NCBI GenBank assembly: GCA_018060985.1
Contig: JAGOUZ010000003.1
Span: 47,356 to 111,355, forward strand
DNA length: 64,000 nt
Direction of reading: 5' to 3'
Source of the DNA: Minisyncoccota bacterium
GTDB lineage: Bacteria > Patescibacteriota > Minisyncoccia > Phycocordibacterales > SBAW01
Positions within the stretch are counted from its first letter, which is position 1; every line of letters starts with the position of its first letter. The position numbers were made by a program, and so were the translations under genes. Below are positions 17,513-24,999 of this stretch, one piece after another. The notes below the pieces were generated by a model, which did not search any database, was not told the DNA's origin, and saw only the letters and a list, made by a program, of their open reading frames with translations.

Positions 17513-17890
17513 TGGTGGAAGTGGGCGGAGTTGAACCGCCGTGCAACACAAAAACTCAAAACATATCTACGAGAGGTAGACTACTTTAATTTCTTAGGCT
17601 CAATTGTAGAAAGTAGACAAAATAGGATTGAGTCGCAGCCTCTTAGTCTCAACTACAGAGCAAGACAGACTCTGTAGTCATAGCCCGTTATATAACACCC
17701 GCACCCAGAGCCGGGCTCGCTGGGGCAGACGTGACCTTAGGCGCGCGCAGTGGCGAACGAAAGATCATTCACCGAGAAATACGGTGACGTAACTGATTTT
17801 GCAGTTATGGTTTGAAGTTTTTTATAGCAGATCTCCACTGCTCTCCCGCATGTAATGCGAATATATGTATTGTCTAAGCCTGTCACTCCC
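17513..17890 (-). ncRNA. ssrA: tmRNA (SsrA), 378 nt
   Basis: Minus strand: 5' GGGAGUG pairs with 3' CACUUCC-A-CCA including G3:U70; T-arm GGCGG-UUCAACU-CCGCC (same loop as E. coli tmRNA); encoded CCA; intrinsic terminator immediately downstream; internal ORF GCA...UAA (plus coords 17802-17737) gives tag AKSVTSPYFSVNDLSFATARA; same strand as and downstream of smpB. Confidence 0.75.
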
Positions 17891-17932
17891 CAGCAGGGCG
17901 CGAGTGTCGTGCACTGGTGGGGAAGGCCTAGC

Positions 17933-17951
17933 GTCCATCGCTTGAATGTGG
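17933..17951. repeat. right arm of 19-bp inverted repeat bracketing the small acidic-protein gene
   Basis: GTCCATCGCTTGAATGTGG pairs with 18218-18236 (1 mismatch). Confidence 0.5.
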
Positions 17952-17980
17952 GGGTGACAACCGTAGTTGTCACCCATACC

Positions 17981-18199
17981 TCACCGGAAGATTTTGGTGA
18001 GGGGTTGTGGTTTGCCGGCCGGTTCCTGGCCGTACTGCTCGTACATCTGGTTAGCGAGCGGTTCGTAGTCGTGGTCGAGCATTCCGTCACCTCCGTCGAA
18101 GTCATCGAGGGAGATAGGGGATGCCTGCAGCCGTTCTCCTTCGGTAAAGGAGCGCTGGCTGGGGGGAAGACGTACGAGCTTCGCTCTTTTTGTGGTCAT
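17981..18199 (-). CDS. hypothetical small acidic protein (72 aa)
   Basis: MTTKRAKLVRLPPSQRSF...DDFDGGDGMLDHDYEPLANQMYEQYGQEP; AGGAGA SD 6 nt upstream of the ATG; G/C-rich codon third positions. Confidence 0.5.
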   Translation of the reverse strand: MTTKRAKLVRLPPSQRSFTEGERLQASPISLDDFDGGDGMLDHDYEPLANQMYEQYGQEPAGKPQPLTKIFR

Positions 18200-18217
18200 T
18201 GATTTCTCCTCTGCTGG

Positions 18218-18236
18218 CCACATTCAAACGATGGAC
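18218..18236. repeat. left arm of 19-bp inverted repeat
   Basis: CCACATTCAAACGATGGAC, reverse complement of 17933-17951; lies in the 5' UTR just upstream of the SD. Confidence 0.5.
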
Positions 18237-18294
18237 TCTGAACAAGTGCCGAAATGTGGGGCGAAGTCTCGTAAGGCTTCGCCAATCGTAGTTT

Positions 18295-18684
18295 CTACCT
18301 CCGCCCCTCAAGGATGTGGGGGTAGTAATGAGGTGGCTTAACCCACTCAGCGTCCTCGAAGTCTTCCTCCGAAGAATCTTCTGCCGGTGAGACCTCGGAC
18401 CCGTCGAGGATCACGCCGAACTCGTCGAACTCGACGACCTCGTCCTCCAGGCACTGGCCGTCGGAGCCGCAGTGGCACACCGCCCTCGAGCCGTTTCCGT
18501 CGTGGGCTTTTGTAAACCTCTTGTGACGGTCTTTTGGGTTGGCGTGGCACCCGCGGAGCTTTTTGCGTTGCTCTGCTGCTTCGCGCCGCCGCTCTTTTTG
18601 GTGTTCTTTTTGCCGTAGCCGAGCCTCTTCAGCCCGCAACTCTTCTGAGGTCGGACTACTGTATCTACTAAAGCTAAAAGGCAT
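18295..18684 (-). CDS. hypothetical protein: basic N-terminus, Cys/His cluster, acidic C-terminus (129 aa)
   Basis: MPFSFSRYSS...CHANPKDRHKRFTKAHDGNGSRAVCHCGSDGQC...EDSSEEDFEDAEW; strong SD AGAGGAGGG before ATG 18684; co-oriented between smpB and ssrA. Confidence 0.55.
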   Translation of the reverse strand: MPFSFSRYSSPTSEELRAEEARLRQKEHQKERRREAAEQRKKLRGCHANPKDRHKRFTKAHDGNGSRAVCHCGSDGQCLEDEVVEFDEFGVILDGSEVSPAEDSSEEDFEDAEWVKPPHYYPHILEGRR

Positions 18685-18736
18685 CTTGCCCTCCTCTTGC
18701 ACGAATGTACAACCGCACATTTCGGCACTTGTTCTT

Positions 18737-19180
18737 TTATTCGTTTTTCAAAGTTCTGCGCATCTCGCGCTCAGTATCTCTTTTCTTTAAGACGGCGCGC
18801 TTGTCGAATTTCTTTCTACCGCGCGCGACTGCGATACGGAGCTTGAGAACCTTGCCTTTATTATACACCGAAAGTGGCACTATTGTCAACCCTTTCTGCC
18901 CCTCAGCATCCGAGAGGAGGCCTATTTCCTTCTTGGTTAGAAGGAGTTTGCGGCTACGGGCCGGGTCGTACTCTTTTGGTATGTTCGCCGGCTGGTAGGG
19001 GGAGATAAGCATACCCACTACAAAGGCCTCGCCGCCACGCACTATTATATGTGAACCCTCAAGTTTGCCCTGGTGGTTGCGCAAACTCTTTACCTCGTGG
19101 CCAAACAGCTCTAAACCCGCCTCGTATTCCTCGAGGATGTCGTAGTCGAACCGCGCTTTTTTGTGCTCAATTAAGTTCAC
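18737..19180 (-). CDS. smpB: SsrA-binding protein SmpB
   Basis: 147 aa, typical SmpB (FDYDILEEYEAGLELFGHEVKSLR...). Confidence 0.95.
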   Translation of the reverse strand: MNLIEHKKARFDYDILEEYEAGLELFGHEVKSLRNHQGKLEGSHIIVRGGEAFVVGMLISPYQPANIPKEYDPARSRKLLLTKKEIGLLSDAEGQKGLTIVPLSVYNKGKVLKLRIAVARGRKKFDKRAVLKKRDTEREMRRTLKNE

Positions 19181-19194
19181 AAGGCTAGGATAGC

Positions 19195-21198
19195 ATGCAG
19201 AAAACCTTTTGCCCCATAACGCAAGAATGCTATACTCTTCAACACATGCCTGACCCTAACAGGAACAGCAAAACGCCCGATGGCGGCAAGCGTCGTGGCA
19301 ACATGCCCTCTATGCCTAAGATGCCAAAGAGCGACTCATTTTGGGTCAACCTAGCCACGAGCGTGCTCGTGCTCCTTTTAATAGCCGGTGCCTACACCTA
19401 CTTTATGGGCACCACCGAAGAGGCTCCACAAGAGGTGCCGATTTCTCAGTTGGCGCAGGATATAGAGATAGGTAAAGTCGCATCTATTATTGTATCTGGC
19501 GAAGAGGTGGAGGCGACATACTCCGACCAGTCTAAAAAGAAGAGTAAAAAAGAGCCAAGTACGGCTCTCACGCAGACTTTGACCAACTACGGCGTCTCTA
19601 AGCTCGCGCTTTCTAAAGTTTCTATCGATATTAAGCGCGAGACGGGCTTCCAGTTTTGGCTGGTAACGTTGGCACCATTTTTGGCACCAATACTTCTCCT
19701 CGTCTTCTTTGTCTGGTATCTCTCGCGCCAAGTGCGCGGCGCAGGTGTTCAGGCATTTTCATTCGGTCAGAGTAAGCCACGCGTTATCGACCCCAACGAC
19801 GCAACCTCGCGCGTAACCTTTAAAGATGTTGCAGGCGCTAAGGAAGCAAAGGAAGAGCTGCTCGAGATCGTCGACTTTTTGAAGAATCCTAAAAAGTTTT
19901 TGGACATCGGCGCACGCATTCCAAAAGGCATCTTGCTTATGGGTGCACCGGGTACTGGTAAAACCATGTTGGCCCGTGCGGTCGCGGGGGAAGCAGGGGT
20001 GCCATTCTTCTCTATCTCCGGCTCGGAGTTTGTGGAGATGTTTGTGGGCGTTGGCGCATCTCGCGTGCGCGACCTCTTTTTGACTGCTAAAAAAGCAGCG
20101 CCTTCTATTATCTTCGTCGACGAAATTGATGCCGTAGGTCGCATCCGTGGTACGGGCGTAGGCGGCGGCAACGACGAGCGCGAGCAGACCCTGAACCAGA
20201 TTCTTGTCGAGATGGACGGCTTTGAGCCGAACGAGAAAGTGATTGTGATGGCTGCAACCAACCGACCGGACGTGCTCGACCCTGCACTCCTTCGCCCAGG
20301 CCGCTTTGACCGCCGCGTCACTATCGACCTACCAGACCGCCAGGACCGCCTAGAGATTTTGAAGATCCACGCACGCAAGAAACCGTTTGCCGAAGACGTT
20401 AACCTAGAAGTTATTGCCGAGCGCACGCCGGGCTTTAGTGGTGCCGACCTCTACAGCCTTATGAACGAGGGCGCTATTTTGGCCGCCCGCGAGAACCGCC
20501 GCACTATTGCGCAGTACGACCTGATCCGTTCCATAGAGAAAGTGATGCTCGGCCCTGAACGCCGCTCACATGTTTTGAATGTAAAAGAGAAAGAAATTAC
20601 GGCGTATCACGAAGCAGGCCATGCACTTGTGGCGAGCGTGCTCCCATATGCTGACCCGGTACATAAAATTTCTATTATTTCGCGCGGCCGAGCTGCGGGC
20701 TATACGCTGAAGCTCCCGTTTGAAGATAAGAAGATGCAGAGCAAACGCGAGTTCTTGGACGACATTGCCATGAGCCTTGGCGGCTATGTTGCTGAAAAGA
20801 TGGTATTTAAAGATGTAACCACTGGACCGTCGAACGACTTGCAGGTGTTGACCAGCCTCGCGCGCAGTATGGTGACCCGCTGGGGCATGAGCGACAAGAT
20901 GGGCACTATCGCACTTGAGGGTGATGGCGGCCGCGCGATGTTTGGCCGCGGCATAGAGGGGAGCGAGTATTCTGAAAAAGTGTCTTCAGAGATTGATACT
21001 GAAGTAAAGAAAATAATCGACGAAGCGTACGAAAAAGCAGAACGGATTATCACGGATCACCGCAAAGCACTTAACGCGATTGCTGAGCGCCTGGTAGAAG
21101 TGGAGACCATTGAGCGCGAGGAGTTTGAAAACTTGTTGATTGCCCACGGCATCATTCCCAAGAAAAAGCAGGACATTGAGCATCAGCCAATTGCCTAG
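19195..21198 (+). CDS. ftsH: ATP-dependent zinc metalloprotease FtsH
   Basis: Two TM segments, AAA Walker [14 protein letters not shown] zinc motif; exact start among several N-terminal Met uncertain. Confidence 0.95.
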   Translation: MQKTFCPITQECYTLQHMPDPNRNSKTPDGGKRRGNMPSMPKMPKSDSFWVNLATSVLVLLLIAGAYTYFMGTTEEAPQEVPISQLAQDIEIGKVASIIVSGEEVEATYSDQSKKKSKKEPSTALTQTLTNYGVSKLALSKVSIDIKRETGFQFWLVTLAPFLAPILLLVFFVWYLSRQVRGAGVQAFSFGQSKPRVIDPNDATSRVTFKDVAGAKEAKEELLEIVDFLKNPKKFLDIGARIPKGILLMGAPGTGKTMLARAVAGEAGVPFFSISGSEFVEMFVGVGASRVRDLFLTAKKAAPSIIFVDEIDAVGRIRGTGVGGGNDEREQTLNQILVEMDGFEPNEKVIVMAATNRPDVLDPALLRPGRFDRRVTIDLPDRQDRLEILKIHARKKPFAEDVNLEVIAERTPGFSGADLYSLMNEGAILAARENRRTIAQYDLIRSIEKVMLGPERRSHVLNVKEKEITAYHEAGHALVASVLPYADPVHKISIISRGRAAGYTLKLPFEDKKMQSKREFLDDIAMSLGGYVAEKMVFKDVTTGPSNDLQVLTSLARSMVTRWGMSDKMGTIALEGDGGRAMFGRGIEGSEYSEKVSSEIDTEVKKIIDEAYEKAERIITDHRKALNAIAERLVEVETIEREEFENLLIAHGIIPKKKQDIEHQPIA

Positions 21199-21264
21199 GC
21201 TACGCTTATAAAAATAGAATCCCCGGCGCACCGCGCCGGGGATGTTTTCATACTTACCTATCAT

Positions 21265-22383
21265 TCATTGCTCGACGAGCATCCACTGGAATTTGAAGCG
21301 CTTCCCTTCGTTCTCGTCGAACCCGAACGGGGTGAGTTGTTGGCCGGCGAACTCGTACCGTCCATTGATGGTCCACTCCTGGCGGGTCAGCGTGAACGGT
21401 TCCGCGGATACAGGCACGCGTGCGCCGTGGAACCTTTGCGCGTTGCCGTACAAAAACGCTTGCGCGTAGTCGAGGAGTCCAAGCTGGTCGAGCGACTGCA
21501 CGTAGAGCTCGAGCGCACAGTGGTAGGTGTAGTAGCCGCCGAACGCCCGCGCCGCATACTTGTTGGTTGTGGGATGCGCGGCCATATCGCTGCCGGCGAC
21601 CACATAGCTCGGACGCTCTTGCAAGAGCCTCTGCAGAGCAAAGAGATGCCGCTTCGCTTTGACGACCGGCAGACAGTGGTGGTCGGGCAGTAGGAATCCG
21701 CCGTCGTAGAGAATCCTCCGGTCGAAGGCGAGGTGGTGCGCCGTTACCTCGAAGATCCGTTTCTCGGGATCTCCGTTGCCAACAGCATAGTCCACGGCCT
21801 CCTCTGTCGAGATGTGCGCGAGGATTTGCTTCAGGTTGGGGTAGAGGTCGGGGATGTGCGGCTGGATATAGCTGTAGTAGATGCGCTCGCGATCGTATGC
21901 GTCCACATCGTCGGCCTTCCAGTGCGCCACTTCGCCATGATTCTTGAGCGGGATTCCGGCTTCGGCCATCATGGAAAGAAGCTTGCCGGTCGAACTATTC
22001 TTGTCGAGCAGGTCTTCCGGCTGGACGCTCTCTTCCGAGTGGGTACTGCCGTGTGGCGGGTACCACTTTACGTGTAGGATGAGTCCTTTCTCCCACGCCC
22101 GCAGTACTTCCTTTGGTTCGGTGGTGGGGGTGAGGTATATGCTCGCGAACCAGTGCCGGTGCGGAGCGATCTCCCGTGCCTCATCGACTTCGCGCTTGGC
22201 GTCGTCGCAGGTCAGAATGTGCGGGTTGGTGTTCGGTTCGAGCACACCGCCGTTCATCCGTTCCGCGGCTTGGCCGAGCAGGAATTTCTTGAGGGGATGA
22301 CGCCGTCCGTGCAGGTGATTGTCGAAGTGGTTCACGCGTACCGTATTCACCAAACCGTTTTCCGTCACAGTGTCGATAGACAT
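21265..22383 (-). CDS. pyrC: dihydroorotase (class II, E. coli PyrC-like)
   Basis: N-terminal metal motif FDNHLHGRR and carboxylated-Lys region HVKWYPPHGSTHSEE resemble homodimeric PyrC. Confidence 0.8.
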   Translation of the reverse strand: MSIDTVTENGLVNTVRVNHFDNHLHGRRHPLKKFLLGQAAERMNGGVLEPNTNPHILTCDDAKREVDEAREIAPHRHWFASIYLTPTTEPKEVLRAWEKGLILHVKWYPPHGSTHSEESVQPEDLLDKNSSTGKLLSMMAEAGIPLKNHGEVAHWKADDVDAYDRERIYYSYIQPHIPDLYPNLKQILAHISTEEAVDYAVGNGDPEKRIFEVTAHHLAFDRRILYDGGFLLPDHHCLPVVKAKRHLFALQRLLQERPSYVVAGSDMAAHPTTNKYAARAFGGYYTYHCALELYVQSLDQLGLLDYAQAFLYGNAQRFHGARVPVSAEPFTLTRQEWTINGRYEFAGQQLTPFGFDENEGKRFKFQWMLVEQ

Positions 22384-22489
22384 ACTGCACCCTTTCTCTG
22401 TTGCAGAACCAAGTTCCGTTCATCACCCTAGCAAAAGAAAAGGCCCGGCGCTATTGAGGCGCCGGGCCGGAACAAGTGGGGAGGAGTAG

Positions 22490-23401
22490 TTACGCCTCCA
22501 CCGGCTCTTTGTAGAAGTTGAGCATGTAGTCCATACCGATGTCGTTGAGGCCGCGCAGGTCCTCGTTCTGGAAGAAAGACGCTCCGATCTGCGCTCCGTT
22601 GACGCCGGCGTGTTCGACGTAATCGTTGATGTCCATGCCGCAGTCGATGCCACCGACACCGAAGATCGGAAAGTCAGGAAGAAGTTCCCGGTACCTGCGG
22701 CAGTTCGAGAGCGAAATTGGCTTGAGAGCCTTGCCACTCATTCCGCCGTAGTTGTTGGCAACGTCGAGGTACGGCCGCCCGTCGGGGTGATAGAGCGAGA
22801 TCGCAGGGAAGGTGTTGGTTGCGACAAGTGCATTGCAGCCGACGCCCTGGACCATCTCTGCGATCCACTCGAGATCGAGCGGGTTTGCCATGGGCGAGAC
22901 CTTGAGCCACCACGGGGTCCTCTTTCCGCTCTCGGCTAGTGCCATCGTAACTCCGCCAATGATGTCCAACAGTGCGTCTGGGTCGTACGAAGCGATCGGC
23001 CCCCGTTTTCCATCTTTGAATTTATTGGGACAGCTTCCATTGACCTCGATCACGTCGGCGTCGATGCCGAGCGCAACGATAGACATGAAGTAGTAGTCGT
23101 CGGGGGTGTCGCCAGCGATGTTAATGACCGCCTTCTTGCCGGCCTCCTGGATGGTGTGGACCATCTTCGCGCCTTGTTTCGCCAGGTAGTCGGCGCCGCC
23201 GTTCTTGAGCTGGATCGAGTTCGTGGCGGTGCCGTCTGCTCCCACATGGAAGTTCGTCCCACCCGAGCTACCGGGCTTTGCTTCCGGCGTAAATGAGCCC
23301 AGGACCACGTGGGTCAGGAGCGGCACGGTCGAGAGCAGATGCGCCTGTTCGACCGTCTTGGCCCAACCGGCAGCGTTCATAAAGGCGATTGGCATTTGCA
23401 T
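22490..23401 (-). CDS. pyrD: dihydroorotate dehydrogenase, class 1
   Basis: Class-1 DHODH active-site region NGSCPN, FMN-binding TIM barrel pattern. Confidence 0.85.
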   Translation of the reverse strand: MQMPIAFMNAAGWAKTVEQAHLLSTVPLLTHVVLGSFTPEAKPGSSGGTNFHVGADGTATNSIQLKNGGADYLAKQGAKMVHTIQEAGKKAVINIAGDTPDDYYFMSIVALGIDADVIEVNGSCPNKFKDGKRGPIASYDPDALLDIIGGVTMALAESGKRTPWWLKVSPMANPLDLEWIAEMVQGVGCNALVATNTFPAISLYHPDGRPYLDVANNYGGMSGKALKPISLSNCRRYRELLPDFPIFGVGGIDCGMDINDYVEHAGVNGAQIGASFFQNEDLRGLNDIGMDYMLNFYKEPVEA

Positions 23402-23502
23402 TGCGCAGTCCTCCGTTGTGAAAATGTACCCGCTTGCACAATACCCGAGATAGGGGAAAAGAAAAAGGCCGCGGTTCCAGTATGGAACAGCGGCCGAGGC
23501 GT

Positions 23503-24522
23503 TTAACGGAGCGGGGGATTGTCGTGACAGATCTTCGCCAGAAGTGCTCGGCGGATGATCCGGCCGAAGCGCATCTGCTCGACATACAGCTGCTGGGGCA
23601 TGTGGTCTATCTCACGCGCCAATTCCTCGTTGCGGGGGAGTGGGTGCATGATCCGCGCACCCGGCTTCATGCGCGCGGCCATCTTGCGGTCGATGATGAA
23701 GGGTGGGTTGCTGTCGTGTTCGCTTGCGTTCGCGGCACGCTCTTTCTGCGCCCGAGTTTGGTAGAAGATGTCGACCTGGTCGATCACCCACTCGAGATCG
23801 CTGGTCTCGATAACCCGGATATTCATCGACTCCTTATGACGCTCAAGGTAATAGCGAAGTTCGCCTTTGATGCGCAGTCCATCCCGCGATACCAGATAGA
23901 AGGTGATGTCACGAAACTTGGTGAGCGAATAGATGAACGAGTTCGAAGCACGTGCATTCTTGAGGTCTCCCCCAAACCCGATGTTCAGACCGTCGAGCGA
24001 ATTCCTGACTGAGAAGGCGGTGCGCAGATCGAGCAACCCCTGCGTTGGATGCTGTTCGCCGCCAGAACCTGCATTGATAACGGGCACTTTGGATACCAGT
24101 GCGGCTCGGTAGATCGCGTCCTCATCTGGATGACGAAGCGCGATGATGTCCTCGGCGCCGATGGTAGAGAGGGTGAGGATCGTGTCCTCGAGCGACTCTC
24201 CCTTCTTACCCTCAGAAGATTCGCCGATACTCCTCGCGATGTAGTTGCCGCCTAGGTCTTGTGCCGCCTTGATAAATGACACTGCGGTGCGCGAGCTGGC
24301 CTCGTCGCCGTACCAGTGCAGAGTGCGGCCGCGCATAAGAGTCCGCACCTCTTCGGTGTCTTTTCTTCTTTCGAGTAGGTCGCCCAGCATAAAGAGCTCG
24401 CTGATAAGTGCGCGGTCAAAGTCTTGCGAACGCAAGATGTGACGCAGTTGGCGTGGAGACCCTTCGAGTAGTTCTCTGATCGAGGGTTCACGTTTTTTCG
24501 AACGAGTAGTAGCTTTTGCCAC
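23503..24522 (-). CDS. pyrB: aspartate carbamoyltransferase catalytic subunit
   Basis: SSRTAVSF (STRTR-like), HPTQGLLD and HPLPRNEE motifs. Confidence 0.85.
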   Translation of the reverse strand: MAKATTRSKKREPSIRELLEGSPRQLRHILRSQDFDRALISELFMLGDLLERRKDTEEVRTLMRGRTLHWYGDEASSRTAVSFIKAAQDLGGNYIARSIGESSEGKKGESLEDTILTLSTIGAEDIIALRHPDEDAIYRAALVSKVPVINAGSGGEQHPTQGLLDLRTAFSVRNSLDGLNIGFGGDLKNARASNSFIYSLTKFRDITFYLVSRDGLRIKGELRYYLERHKESMNIRVIETSDLEWVIDQVDIFYQTRAQKERAANASEHDSNPPFIIDRKMAARMKPGARIMHPLPRNEELAREIDHMPQQLYVEQMRFGRIIRRALLAKICHDNPPLR

Positions 24523-24609
24523 AAAGTCCTCCTGTCGTTACGGGTGTACTGTAGGCTCTAAAGCAGAAGGGTAGCATGCAAGCGATGTTTCCGGTAGAGT
24601 TTAGTCAAC

Positions 24610-24682
24610 GGGCGTGTAGCTCAGCTGGTAGAGCAGTCGACTTATACTCGACCGGTCGCAGGTTCGAACCCTGCCGCGCCCA
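24610..24682 (+). tRNA. tRNA-Ile, anticodon UAU
   Basis: Cloverleaf GGGCGUG/CGCGCCC acceptor (one G-U), anticodon loop CUUAUAC, T-loop UUCGAAC; no CCA encoded. Confidence 0.8.
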
Positions 24683-24727
24683 CAAAAGACAGAAAGACCT
24701 GCCCTGCGGCAGGTTTTCTGCTTTTGT
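24683..24727 (+). terminator. hairpin/terminator after tRNA-Ile
   Basis: CACAAAAGACAGAAAGACCUGCC-cugc-GGCAGGUUUUCUGCUUUUGUG long imperfect hairpin with U-run. Confidence 0.5.
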
Positions 24728-24810
24728 GGGAGGCGGAGCGATGTTTTGCAATTGCAAAACCGCGAGCCGGGGTCGCGGGCGACTTTGCTGACGAGCAAAG
24801 TTGACCTGTG
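24697..24810 (+). mobile_element. miniature insertion at the 3' end of tRNA-Ile (copy 2), flanked by a direct repeat of the tRNA 3' terminus
   Basis: CCCACAAAAGACAGAAAG (24679-24696) repeated as ACCACATAAAGACAGAAAA (24811-24829); contains the core GGCGGAGCGATG-TTTTGCAATTGCAAAA-CCGCGAGCCGGGGTCGCG, 43/45 identical to copy 1. Confidence 0.4.
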
Positions 24811-24999
24811 ACCACATAAAGACAGAAAACTGTGCATAACCGTGCTTGTAGCTAAGCGGGAGAAGGAGGATAGTTATGGGACAGGGCTGAGGGGCCTAAA
24901 ACAGGTTTTATCAGCAGTATGGATGTTGGGTGGCGGGAAACCGCCCTTATTCATATCAGGAATTCGTTTGCTCTTTATTTATTTTTATAATTGCGTCCC

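Noticed and set aside
17737-18105. 122-aa minus-strand ORF
   Set aside because: It lies entirely within the predicted tmRNA. Its last 21 codons are the tmRNA tag reading frame, not a protein gene.
24576-24837. Three small ORFs overlapping tRNA-Ile and the miniature insertion
   Set aside because: They overlap a tRNA gene and a hairpin-rich repeat and have no RBS.
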